Source: Camelus dromedarius (Eukaryota). Taken from it: 64,000 nucleotides of DNA. Made by a program: the position numbers and the translations under genes. The notes beneath the pieces are model-generated. The model did no database searches. It was not told the DNA's origin and worked only from the letters and a program-made list of their open reading frames with translations. The stretch is taken from contig NC_087472.1 in the NCBI RefSeq assembly GCF_036321535.1, positions 101,062,001 to 101,126,000 on the forward strand. Reading direction: 5' to 3'. Shown one piece after another: positions 51,587 to 64,000 of this stretch; positions within the stretch are counted from its first letter, which is position 1; each line of letters begins with the position of its first letter.

Positions 51587-52249
51587 GTAAATAGTTTTCT
51601 TCCCAAGATTGGGAAGAAAAGTCACTTTGCTACCACTTATGTATGCTTTTGGGTGTTGGTGTTGGGAACAGGGGAGTATATTTGCCCATATCAATTTGGC
51701 AATTAGCATACTGCTTTGGCAGTTTTGTTGAGCACTTCATTCCCTTCAGAAGTGCACAGTTGTCATTTCTGGATTAAAGAAAATCAATTATAGCAGCATT
51801 TTCCATTTAACTTTGTATTGCTAAAAGCTGATAGAAGGAGGACTTGAAAACCCTAGTACATTTCACCAGTGAACATTTTAAGTGCCCAAGTAGTAAGCAA
51901 ATGTTAGAAACCACCTATGTGATCATATTATAACAAATAGTTGTAAAGAACTACATTCCTAAAGATTAATACTTTAGTGAAGTATTCATAGCCTTGGTGG
52001 CAAGACTGGCAAGGGAGAGTTGCCATGAGGAATATAGGTGATGTCATAGAATCACTGGATTTCAGGCCAGTGTCCATTACTATAAACACCAAGAAGGGGA
52101 TGGCTGTGTACTTTGTGTTAAGAGGTTTGTGGTTCGGTATAGAATGGCTTAAGTGAACTGTTGTTGGCAATTAGGAGATTTTTGACCTTTTAATAGTATT
52201 TGAGCTGTTAACCCGTTGAAGATAATTGCCTTTGTCTTTTTTCTTGTAG

Positions 52250-52504
52250 AAGAAGTATTGTCTTCTGAGGGAAATGTCATGCCCGTAGAGGAAGAGCTTC
52301 CTGATGAGTCTCAGAATGCACCACTGAATTCAGCAAATTCTTTGAATCCTGCCAGCAGAAATCCTATAAGCATTCATACTGCAGTCTCCTGGAATTTTCC
52401 TCAAAGTGTGCCATGCACCTCAGATTCAGCACTAGTGGGGACTACGTCACCTACCAAGAGCAGTCACCATGAAGTTAAATTCCAAATGCAGAGGAAAAGT
52501 GAAG
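52250..52504 (+). CDS. SCML2: SCML2 exon, low-complexity pre-SAM linker (EEVLSSEG...HEVKFQMQRKSE)
   Basis: ttcttgtag| acceptor and aag|gtatat donor. 255 nt, phase 1 to 1. Confidence 0.92.
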
Positions 52505-55500
52505 GTATATTCAAAAACAGTGATTCTCAACCAATGTGTTTGTCTTTCCCTTTAAGGTTTCCATTCCCCACAATATCCCCTGAGAGTGTATCACATTGGA
52601 GAAAGTGCCAGAATTGAGGAAGTGGAGACCCCCGCCTCATGTCACTGTCTGGGCCAAGCTGCTACAGATGCTCTAATTGTCATGACATTACAGAACCATT
52701 TCTGGGGATCTCAGTCACCAACTATGTCTCTGATAGAGACTTGTCAGTTTAGTGATTCTGAATCCATCATAATGTATTGTTTCCTTGTGCACTGCCTGGA
52801 CTCACAAACCTCTCATGACTCTGAGGCCTGAAAGGGTACATTCCCTCTCCTTTCTGATGTACTCTCTTCCTTGTCTCTCTTGAGACCTTTTATGGCCCCA
52901 GCCCACGTGTGGCCCCCAGATCGTGGCTCCGGCATCCTATTGCTGCAATCATTTCCCCATTTTCCACACCTTCAGTCATTCCCTCAGACCCACCAGGAAG
53001 ATACGATGTGTGTAAACAGAGCAGCGTCCTATTCCCTGTTGTTTGGAAAGAGCCAAACAGCCTTCCATATGCAAAGATAGCTACTATCCTGTACCCTTAA
53101 AGGATTAAGGGTGCTGGGATGCTGAGGAAGTGTTTTGTCCTTCTTTTCCAGATAGGCATCTAGGCAAGGTTGAGGGGTAAAGGAAGTAGGAACTAACTGC
53201 TTTGCCTTTCATAATGGATGTTATCTATGGGCAACTGTACTGTACACATGCTGTGACCCATTTAATGTCATCACCCCCATCTCATACCCCATGTAGATTG
53301 TCTTTGGTTTTAGGGTGATTTTTGTGGAGAGTTTGAAGATAGATGTTCATTTAATAACAGGGTAGTGTACCCTGAATTTTTAGATATTTTCATAATACAT
53401 GAGTTTATGAAGAAAGGCCTTCTCAGTAAAAGGCTCTCAAAGGTAATCTCCAGTGCTGAATATCTCACTTCCAAATGTATGTCTAACACTACCATGCCAA
53501 AGTAGCCTGTTTTGGGGCTTGAGAATACTAGCTTCTGGTCTTCCTAGGAGTGGAAAGACTAATAGTATTAACGGTACTTAATAGTAATAGAAATCATCGC
53601 CTTCATCACTATCTGAGATGTGCCAGGCATATAATATTTTACGTAGCCTCATGCATTACATCTTTACAACAATTCCTTGAGATGTAGGTGCTGGTAAACA
53701 TTCTCAGGTGAGAAATCTGAGAAGTCACTTGACTAAGGTCCCCCAGCTAGAAAGTGGCTGGGCTAGTCCTGACACTCTGGCTCCAGGGCTGTACTCTTAA
53801 CCACTGTGCTACCTACATCTCCAGAGAATAAGTAAGCATTTCACTTGGAAATTGTCTAGAAGTGTCATTACTATTATTTTCTTTAAAGTATTGGAACAGT
53901 TACTTAAAGCTGAGTCTGCTCTTGATTGCTGGTGATGCTCACACAACCTTCTGCCCCACTGTGCCCTGCCCCAGCCCGATATTTGAAACAAATCGTTGAT
54001 TTTTATTATACGAAAGAAATTCATTAACATCATTGGGGATAAAATCAAATCACTTTCAGTTTATTTATTTCACAAATATTTACTGATATCCTAATGTGTG
54101 TAAGACAAAGCCATTAAGGGGAAGAGCATGACTGGACTTTGTTTTTCACATAATTAGTTTGTTTCATGTAATTATTTGTAATTCTCTTCTCTCTGATCAT
54201 TTTGAAGATATGGGCCCAATTAAATTATTTTTCCATGATAGGTTAGAAGTAGATGAGCTTAAAGTTGTTTTATTTTTAATGTAAAATTATAGTTTTATAC
54301 CAGAAATTATATCTTTACATATATTTTATTCATAGTAATCCATAAAAGTAGTTACATATTACTCAAGATCTAACTATACCAGATTCTGATGACAGAAACC
54401 AAAAATCCCACAAAAATATAAGTTAATTTAGAAATATGATTAGCCTTACCAATAGTTTTTTAATATTAACTTGAGTCTTTCTTGAGTTAAAGGAGAAGAG
54501 TTTTCTTTCTGAATTGTTAGAATGCCTTAGGCATGGCATGGTCTAAACCATCATCATTTTTACTTGGGTTGATACAGCCCAGCAGCATTTCTTGGTAGAC
54601 CAACATTTTTGTCTGATAAGTGGAAAGGAGGATATATTTTATTAAAGTGTTTTTATTTCACATCAAAGTTGCGATACTAAAAAAGAAAATTCTGAGCTAC
54701 ACAATAAATTTACAATTGTGAGTTCTTTTATCTTCTGTTTTTCTTTTGCCCTTTCCCTGAGTAAATACTCAAAATACCCCTAAAATGGCCAGAGCCCAGA
54801 TGATAGGAAAGAAAAGGTGCACTTTGGGCAGTTCACACAAAAAAAAGATCAAATTTCTGTTGACAGCCCTTGGTTAGAGAAACAGATCTTCCTAGCAGAT
54901 TACAAAACCCACTTCTGTTATCACACTAACTTTAGGGAGTTGAGCACTCTGGTTGAGTAAATGAATAATTATCTGGACACAAAGAAATTTTAGCACAACT
55001 TAGTGAACAGCACAGCTACAACTTTTTAAGATATGAGCACTTAAATTGTTTCATGTCTCAGTTATTTCTTTTTTAAACATATAAACCTTCAACCAAAATA
55101 TCTATTACTATGCAATAAACTTGAAAGAAGTATTCAGTATAATATTAAATAGGTATTTCTAACCTAGCTAAGCAAGAAAATAATCTTATTTTCTTCAAAA
55201 TCCAGGTAAGCATTTAAACCTTGAGAGACAAGAATTTTAAAGAATAAAATGATGCTAAAAAATACCCATATTGAATACATGGCAGAGATTTGGTAAAGAA
55301 CTAATTTGGTTCTCCAAGATCGTGGGGGTTGTTGAAATTCATTGAAATGAATAAAATTAAGCAACTATAAAACTGTAAATTCTGGGAATTTCCATTGTAA
55401 TTAGCTAGTAAAATAAACCTAATCTGGAGAGACTGAGAGGGGAAAGATTGAGAGAAATTCTTTGAAATACTTTAAGAGAGCAATGGGTTAGCTTAAATTA

Positions 55501-55838
55501 ACCTAATTTAACCCAAGTAACAGATCTTTTGCTGTATTTGCCTGTGGCCAAAGAGGCCTTGGATCGCTCAGTCTCTTTTATGATTTTTGAAGCTTTTAGG
55601 TACCTTCAAGAGCTGCTTTTGTGGTTTGGGGGAGGTCAGGTGGGATGTTCGTGGGGAGCCATCCTCAGGTCATCTTTATATAGGCTCTCACTGGATTTTA
55701 CACTTGGAGTCCTGGGTCCATACTGGGGTACTTCACAGAAGGTTCCAGGAATGAGACCATTACTCCCCACCTAACATCTCTTCTTTCAGGATAATGATCA
55801 GGTCAAGTATGATTTGTCTTTTTTCCCCCCCATTGAAG

Positions 55839-55990
55839 CTCCAGGTTATATAGCTGTACCTGATCCCAGTGTCCTGAAACAAGGCTTCTCTAAGGACCCT
55901 TCAACCTGGTCTGTGGATGAAGTGATCCTGTTTTTGAAACATGTAGATCCTCAGACACTCACCCCCCTCGCCGACCTCTTCAGGCAACAT
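55839..55990 (+). CDS. SCML2: SCML2 exon, SAM/SPM domain N-terminal half ([29 protein letters not shown]...LFRQH)
   Basis: attgaag| acceptor and cat|gtaatg donor. 152 nt, phase 1 to 0. SAM signature P..WSVDEV..F. Confidence 0.95.
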
Positions 55991-57048
55991 GTAATGTATC
56001 TTTTGATCCAGTTTTCCTGCTGTTAATGCCTTTGAATGACCTCTCTGCAGGCTCCTCGGTTGGATACTGATTAGTGTGGATGGTGGGGGAACCCTATCAA
56101 CTGATTTGTCCATATGTGAGAAAGTTTACTTTGCCTAGAATTAGATCCTTAAATGGTAGAGGCTGGATCTGTGCTTTAAAGGGTACCAAAGTACCTAAAA
56201 TACAAGTCTTCAAGTTCTCAAGAGAAGATGATTTGGCACAGTCACTCTCAGGTGTCTTCTTTGTAATGACAGCTACAAGGATCCTCCTCCCCACCTGCTC
56301 CCTGCTCGGCCCCGGGACCGGGAGTAGGAGGGGTAACCACAGCTGTGACAGGGTGTCCTCCTTGTTAAGATGCCCGATTAATCCAGCAACTGTATAAGAT
56401 TAAGTGCAGCTTTATTTTAAGTAGGAACTCATGAATACCAAATAATATGCTTCCATGATGTAAATTGTTTAATCAAGGAAATAAGGAATATTAGGAGGAT
56501 GTCTTGTGTCTGTTAAATAATGTTTATAGTCTTTTCTAACAAGTCAAATTAGTGACCAAATGTCTGATGTATCCTTTTTGATATTGTAAGAAAATCAGTA
56601 ATAAGTTTTAGCATCTAATTAGCAACTAACTGAATAGCTTTCAACATAAAGACAACACTGTATAGCACATTTATAGTTTGTATTAATGCTGACATACTCG
56701 TATTTCCAGCCTTTCTAAGAAAGTTAATGACCATCTGAAATTCATTTCTACAGTTTGTTTTCTACTCTTTGTCATAGATATGTGGTATTTTATTCAGCAC
56801 ATAGTATAAATTCAAATTCAAATGTTAAGGCTATTTTTCAAAGATGCTGGGTTAAATTTCCTTTTTCTTAAAATTTAGAAATTATCAAGTGATGCTTCAC
56901 GTAACGTAGTTAGATTTTTAATAGTTTTTCAGGAAATAAATGCATATTCAGAGAATATATATTGAAAATGTACAGTTGCTCTCTATTTTACATGCTCATA
57001 TATAACTTGACAAAATATGAAATAATTATAATTTCTTTCTCTCTGTAG

Positions 57049-57177
57049 GAGATTGATGGGAAGGCTCTGCTACTACTCAAAAGTGATGTGATGATGAAGT
57101 ATATGGGGCTGAAGCTGGGGCCAGCCTTAAAGTTATGCTACTATATTGAAAAACTTAAAGAAGGAAAATATAATTGA
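57049..57177 (+). CDS. SCML2: SCML2 last coding exon, SAM C-terminal half ([42 protein letters not shown])
   Basis: ctctgtag| acceptor, phase 0. PcG SAM motif EIDG.ALLLL...[13 protein letters not shown] at 57175-57177. Confidence 0.97.
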   Translation, partial: EIDGKALLLLKSDVMMKYMGLKLGPALKLCYYIEKLKEGKYN

Positions 57178-58790
57178 AAAAAATGTGCAAGTTTAGGTTA
57201 GACATAATTTTCAGTTGTCCTGATAACTTTTTAATTTAAAAGTATTTTTATTCTCATAGCAATTTTATTTTGTAGAAGGTTCCTCTAAAAATAAGTTTTA
57301 TCCAGAGTTGCAGAACTACATTACAGTCCAGTCTTCTATAAAAAACATTAATATGATAGTATTAGCATATTCAAATTGGCAGTTCTTTATGTCTTTTCAT
57401 TATGATACAGTTTACAGTTTATTATTTTATTATGCAGTTTACAAATATAATTCACACAGGAAATAGAGAAACACTTTTGATTTTGGTTAATGTTTATATG
57501 TAAAACCAAAACAGCTAAATCCCAAAGGGGAAAGTGTCAGGGACTGACAGATTCTCTAAGGAAATCCATGAGAAATTTTACTTAGAAGAGAATTTAAAGA
57601 TGCAACTATAGATATCATCTCTTTCTCAAATGTTTTATGTCTTACTGCAATGTTCTGTTTGTGTTCTACCAGTTTCCAGAACAGGAATAGCCATATAAAT
57701 TATTTTCCTTTCATTATTATTTCTCTGTATGTTGTGTTTGTTCATATTTAAAGAAAAAAACAAGCTTATAAACTTTCATAAAGTGTTCTTACCAGTTTTT
57801 GAAAAATTTCGAACAATTGTAGGATAGATAGAATAGTTGTTTTATGCAGGAGATATTATACTACAAGGGTGGTTTGGATGGAGTATGACTAAGTTTTTTT
57901 CAATGAAATACCTATTATTTCAAAACTTTACATATTTTCACCAAGTTTAGACATTTAACTAAGCATTCCTTTCTCACACCTCTATATGAAGACACCTGTG
58001 CCCAAATTTTTAAAAGATATATATTTTATTGTCTGTGTTTATTCCTCACAGAAATACTATACCATATTTATATATTACTCTATACCTGTAGGTATACAAA
58101 CAAGTAAATCTGTCCTTTTTGAATTTAATATGGCACTTTGCACTGCCACAGAGGTAATGGTTAACTATTTATATAGTTAGACGTTTTTATTCTGAAAAAA
58201 TATGTGTATCATTTGCTAAGACTAGTACCTCTCAGCTTAGTCTTCAGGGGATATGAAACAATCTGTAGATTGGTTCCATACAGGGAAGTTCTCTGTCCTA
58301 TGCAATGTTCCTAGTTTAATTCACTTAGTTCTGAGCCATTTATTCTCCTAAATTTTGGAAGATGCATTAATTCTGACTTACCATTTGGGCTTTATTTTTA
58401 AAGTTAGGAACTTTTAAGGGGAAATGGTGCTATATGTTTATTGTTATTACTTTGTATAACTTTGGTGTAATGTTTATAAGCTATGAGAATCTGTGCTAAA
58501 AGTATTAGCCATTTGTTATAAATGCCAATAAAATGTACACCAGGGGGCAAGAATGTACATTTTCTTTTTTAGAAAACCAAATGTACTTTATACAAGAATG
58601 CTACTATTTAAAGGGTGGTTTCATCTATGTTATTCCTTCTGTGTTATAAAAAAAATCTAATTTAAACTTGGTCTCACAAATTGTGTGAAGATGCTGTGCC
58701 CAGTTAAACAGTCCTCAGGTGTTTGTACAAATACTGTTTTACAATTTTCAGATTTTAAAATATAATAAAGTTTAATAACCTCAACAATTA
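57178..58790 (+). other. SCML2: SCML2 3'UTR
   Basis: AU-rich sequence with no recognisable repeats, following the stop codon and ending after the AATAAA at 58764-58769. The end position is inferred. Confidence 0.7.
58764..58769 (+). terminator. Likely main polyadenylation signal; a proximal alternative AATAAA lies at 58527-58532
   Basis: AATAAA preceded by several TGTA motifs, followed by a CA about 16 nt downstream and by GT/T-rich sequence. Confidence 0.65.
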
Positions 58791-61756
58791 ATGTTGAGTG
58801 ATTTTACTTGCTTTCACCGCATTACATTAATGTATGAATTGGTTGTAGTTGAAGAAGCAGCACTCCGTAAGTTTGTGGTTTTATGTGTCCATATACTTGG
58901 TTTTAACACTTGCCCTCGTTCTGCTGGTGAAGAGCAAAGGACTGATCTCTTGTAGAGGCCTTAAATGAGACCCCAGGAAAGTAGTAAGAGGTTAAATCAC
59001 TGAGCTTAATCTGTGCTCAAAGCTTTTGTTACTTGCACTGTTATCGATGATGCAAGTGTGCTAGAAATGGCATTGCCCCCAGATATCTCATCCCACCTAA
59101 ATTCATGCCTCGGGCTGGCAATTTTGGCTGCTCTTTTACCTCTGGGGGCCTGAAGCCATACTGCTGCTCTGCCCTCAGCTCTCCTGGCTTACCTAGTGGA
59201 AAAGCTCGGGGTTGTGGTTAAATTGCCTTCAACATCCAACCTCTCGGCCCACCTACCTCAGGAGCTGCTGCCTTGGAACCCAGAAACTTTACTGCTGCTC
59301 TTTGGGTCCTAACTGAGGCTCTAGGATGAGGCTCAGGTAACTGGAATGAGGGTGTCGATTTGCTATCTGAGAGTTGGGTGATTCAAAACTACTTGTTTTT
59401 TTCACTGTCTGGTTTGTAAATTTTTGTCCAGAGAATATCATGCTGTGTTAGCTACCTGTGAACTTAATTATCTTTGCTCTAGTTTTCTCTCTCAGTCCAT
59501 CCTTTGACCCTCTATAGGCGGCAGGATCCTGCAACTTGAGATCTGAAGCACTCTGGGCAAATTGAGCATTTGCTCTCGTATTTTGTCTGTGATTTCTAGT
59601 TGAAGTGTCTTAAGGTACATGTTCCAGAGTAGGATTTCCCAGACTATTAAACTGAGACTCTCTGTGTAAACATGAAAAAGCCATGCCCTTCTGTCATACT
59701 ATTAGGAATTAAAAATTAAAAACATCATGACTAGGAACAGTGATTACGGGAGGAAAAGTGCTGCTTTTTTCCAGCTACATAAGGGACTGTATTCACAGTT
59801 GGCTGAATAAATGAAGTATATTTAAATTTCTAGGGCTGTTTCTACAGTGTGATACTGGTTCTTGCTTATATTTTTAAGTCCTCTGAGGTTAATCCAGGGA
59901 ATGGGAAAGGCTCTAGGGTAGGGAGGATGTACAAACCAGGGCCCACCTTCACAATGCATGGCAGACAGTTTGCATCCAATCCCTCCTTACAGTTCCCCTG
60001 TTTTGTCCAGCAGCTTAATGAAATTGAACCTTGGAAGCAGCTCTCCACAGTGAGCGCATACTCAGGCTAAGCTTGCCCACTCTCTCTGCTGTACAAGAGG
60101 CAATAGCAAAAATATTTTATTATATCTTTCAGTCCGACACAAGGAAGCAAAATAAAAGGGCAGACACTGATATAATTTAAAAGGCATTATTGATAGACAT
60201 TAGATTCAAAAGGAGAATTCACTGTTTATCAGAATCCATAGAGGGTTCACAAAACACAGTGCATACTGAGCTACAAAGAACACTCAGAATTATAGAAGAC
60301 AAAATTACTGCAGGCTACAGTCTGGGCCGTAAAATTAGACGTTAATGAGATACTTCCGAAATGCTAACAAGAAAAACAATAAGCACCCCTACGTTCCTAG
60401 CTACAGCTTCTTTCCTGAACTTTCTCCTTGAGTTCTCGGCCTGCATATCCAAGTGTCTACTGATGTCTCCACCTGCAAGCCCATGCTCACCACACCTGAA
60501 TCTTTTCCCACCTTCCTTTGCCGAGCTCCCCTTCTCCTGTCCCTGCGTTGTTAACAGCACCTCACCGACGGATGCAGCCAGGCACCTGGCAGAGTGACTG
60601 CCAGTGTTGACCTCAGCTCCTCATCCACAGCCCTGCACCCCTGAGGTCACCTGGTCCCACGCATCCTACCTCTCACGCCTCTCTCTCTTCTGGGCCCCCT
60701 AGTCTGTTGTTTCCTGAGTTCGCTGCCAGATGCCATTTCAGAAATGCTAAATTTCTTTCTTAGGAGCACTTCCAGGGCTGATAACTTTTATTTTTGTATT
60801 CCCAGGATTTAGCATAGTATCTCCTACATAATAGATACTTAGATGTCGATTGAAGGAACAAAAGAACACAAAAGCAAAATTCTTAAAAAAAAAATGGCCA
60901 TTTCCAGCCTATCTCCCAGTTTAAAATAGAAGAACTTACATTGATGCTTGTCCTCCATGAATGCAGTGTGGCTCCCCCACCACCACCAGGGAGCAGCTCA
61001 GATATGTGTGAACAGTAATGGGAGATGGCTGATCCACAGGCCTCTCGTGGCCAAGGCAGACAGGCCAGAGATTGGGACCTTGCTGTAGGAGAACTGAAAG
61101 AGTCCATAATCTTGATGAATATACTGAAAGATTTCTCAAAAACGCAAACCAAGTACTTGCAATAAATCTGTCAGTGTGTTGCGTGTGTTGACTAGGATTT
61201 GAAGATGTAACTATGAGCTGTAAACACTTAAAAACAAGTTTAACAGTGCTGTCCCATGTCTTACTGACAATTTATATCTTATGTCTGCAGACCAGTTGCT
61301 GGGCCGTTCCATTTTTATTGAGCCAGGCTAATACTTTTCTCTCCTATTTAGGAGCCCCCTTTTTCCTGCTTTGGAATTGGGATTTAAAACTATAGAAGGT
61401 CAGAGTTGTGCTCGCTGTTGGTATCTCCTATAAGTCACCTGATTCAATGAGCAAATATTAGCTCTATCAACTATTCCTTTCTTAAAAAAAAAGCTTATTG
61501 TAGTACATTTCAAGTACTTGTAAAAATAGGAATATTCAGAGGGACATCACCCAGCTTCAATAATGATTAGTTCATAACCTATCTTGTTAGCTCCACACTC
61601 CCACCCACACGTCCCATCTCCACGTTGTTTTGAAGCAAATGTGTTAGATTGTTTAATCTATAAAAAGGTCCGTATGTATATCTAGAAGATAAAGAAACTA
61701 AAAAAGTGACCATACCATTTATCATACTTTAAAAATTAATCATTTTAACACCATTC

Positions 61757-62725
61757 TGTAGTGAGCAGCAGAACCAGGGCTCCTTGAACAAATGGCCGAT
61801 TCTAGGACTGAAACAGAATATACAAGATGAGTCTTGTAGCGTCAGAAGTATGGGCTCGTAAAAAGCAAAAGGATGACGTATGTTAAAGGGACACAGGAAC
61901 CAACTGAAAGAACTCCCAGTGACCAAATCTGTAACTGTTTGAGCAGCAATGTAGTACTAGATTATAACCCAAAGCATAAAATAAATATCCCTGAGCCCAC
62001 ACAGCTGTAAACCAATGACTGAATAAACAAACGGAGAAGAAACAAATCTGTGCAGAAGAATCCCAGATTATGCAGACACACCCTCAAGGAGGTGGGGTGC
62101 TACTCCCCACCTCCTTAAGTGTGTGTTGTGCAGCGAGACTTCCTTCCCAAGAGGACGGTATGAAAAGGGGGGAAAAGAGGGAGCTTACAGTGGAGAGACC
62201 TGACCACCACTCCTTCAGCCAGGCGATCAGGGTCACCATCAACAATAAGTCATCACACTGATGGTACATACCCTTGATATGCTGCGGTGAGAATGGCACC
62301 TTACCTCTGTGGTTTTCCTCCCCAAACCCATGACTCCAGTTTCATCATGAGGAAAATCATCAGAAAAGTCCCAACTGGAGAACATTCTGCAAAATACCTG
62401 ACCAGTCCTCCTCAAAACTGCCCAGGTCATCAAAAACAAGGAAAGTCTGAGAAACTGTCACAGCCCAGAGGAGCCCAAGGAGACATGATGACTAAACGTA
62501 ATATGGTATCCTGGATGGGATCCTGGAACAGAAAAGGGTGACTAGCAAGGAAATGCGAATACGTGTGCTTTAGTGAATAATAATACACCAATACTGATTC
62601 ATTAGTTGTGCAAGTGTACCATAATCTGAGATACTAACAATAGGGGAAAATGGGTATGGGTGCTCTCTCTACTATCTTAGCAACTTTTCTGTAAATTTAA
62701 AACTGTCCTAAAATTCAGTTTATTA
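61757..62725 (+). mobile_element. L1MC/MD-like 3' end inserted in an opposite-strand L1 remnant (about 61490-62780)
   Basis: ctcctcaaaactg...ggtcatcaaaaacaaggaaagtctgagaaactgtcacagc...ggatcctggaacagaaaag. Confidence 0.75.
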
Positions 62726-64000
62726 CAAACTTAACAATTCCCTGATATCATCCTGCATACACGCAGTATTCTGTTTAAAGTCCTGATCTCTCAAATCTGA
62801 ATTGTGAAAATCTTCGCCACAAGTCCCAGTGAGATTTTGAAGGAGTGAATGCTCTTCCCTGAAAAGGAAAATATGGAAAGTTTCTTCTTGCTGCCAGAAC
62901 TATTTGATACATGCATCCTGCTCCAGTAGTTATTTTTAGATCTTCTCCCTGAGGAGTACGGGGGTCTTGTTTTCACTTGTGTTCAATGTTTGTGAGTGAC
63001 CGAATGAGGTCAAGTCCCAGGAAGAATAAGGAGTTACAGCATATGCTTTACAGGGAAGTTATGTCTGTACGTGTAGATTGAGTTCTTCTTTTTCTTTTTT
63101 TCCTTTTAGTCCTTTAAAAATACTTTGATGTTGCTTACTTTTCCTAAACATGAGTATATATCTTGTTTCTACATGGAAAATGGACCTATAATGTATAACC
63201 AGCACATGAGTATCACCATTCAGAAGCGTTCATTAAGTGAGGCTTACTGGTGTCCAGTGCTGCATCTCGCTTCATTCATTTTTATACCAATGTATTTCAG
63301 ATGTTAGCGTGAATGCTGGTGAAACAATAGCACTGTTTCTGTTAGAAAAAGTGCAGGAACACAAGGAATGACTCTGGTCTGGAAAAGAGTGTCCGGCTAT
63401 AATCCCTTCCTGAAATGCTCAAGCCAGTCAGTGACATGTGAGCGTCCCCCCATCAGGGAACTAACTATGGGCGGGTGGGCAGCGGCGGCAGTCAGCACTG
63501 AGTTCCACTCCGGACACTGCCAAATGTGTATAGTTCCCTGATTACCTGCTGAATGGATACTCTCATGACAATAGTGTGAAGGATTTTTAAGCTTTATTAT
63601 TCTGTAATGTAATAACAAGTAAACTGCCTGACTGAGATGCGGTTTTGGTCACTACACTTAGATCGTTCAGCATAAACTTATGCTCTGCTGCAGTAACAAA
63701 CAAGCCCTGAGATCTCAGCGGCTTTGCTTTTCTCCCAGGCAGTCTGATTCGCCACAGCTACTGCTTCTTTTGTGTGACTCTGCCCATGTAACACATGGCC
63801 TCCGAGAATGTTCTGGTTGCTCAGAGGTGACGTGCGGCACTCCTACTCAGAGCCCACTGGGAAAACTAGTTACGTGGCCCTCCTTATGTGCAAGAGAGCT
63901 GGGTAGAGTGGTTTTCCCAAGAAGAGGAAGAAGAAAATGGAAGATCTGATGAACACCTAACATTGTTTCTACCCCAAGGCTTTAAACATTTTTTCAGGCT

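Noticed and set aside
55485..55515. Small imperfect hairpin tgggtta...ttaaatta/taatttaa...ccca
   Set aside because: Too short and AT-rich for a pre-miRNA; compatible with chance.
1..64000. CRISPR arrays, operons or other prokaryotic or viral systems
   Set aside because: No repeat-spacer arrays or dense ORFs. The window is explained by a spliced mammalian gene plus interspersed repeats.

Overview
Mammalian genomic DNA, AT-rich and repeat-dense, probably a camelid judging from its tRNA-derived SINEs and young L1s (inference). The window holds the 3' part of the Polycomb gene SCML2 on the + strand. Nine coding exons (5502-57177) with consistent GT-AG boundaries and phases splice to 539 aa plus stop, covering the second MBT repeat, the basic RNA-binding region, the SLED/DUF3588 domain and the SAM/SPM domain. 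A 3'UTR of about 1.6 kb follows; the 5' exons lie upstream of the window. The 33.9 kb intron (5746-39657) contains an antisense full-length young LINE-1 (about 26.8-33.9 kb), several truncated or nested L1s, SINEs with target-site duplications (TSDs), old L2/MIR/MER/MLT relics and a repeat-poor block of about 5 kb. No prokaryotic features or real tRNA/rRNA genes were found. The most notable observations are: the same in-frame amber stop in ORF2 of two independent L1 insertions; a 75-codon ORF in the long L1 inter-ORF spacer that overlaps the ORF2 ATG; a 16-nt 3'UTR element with five overlapping miRNA-family seed matches; a built-in NMD-escaping SAM-less splice form; and candidate 5' and 3' L1 transductions. 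Repeat family names and boundaries were recognised by eye and are approximate.
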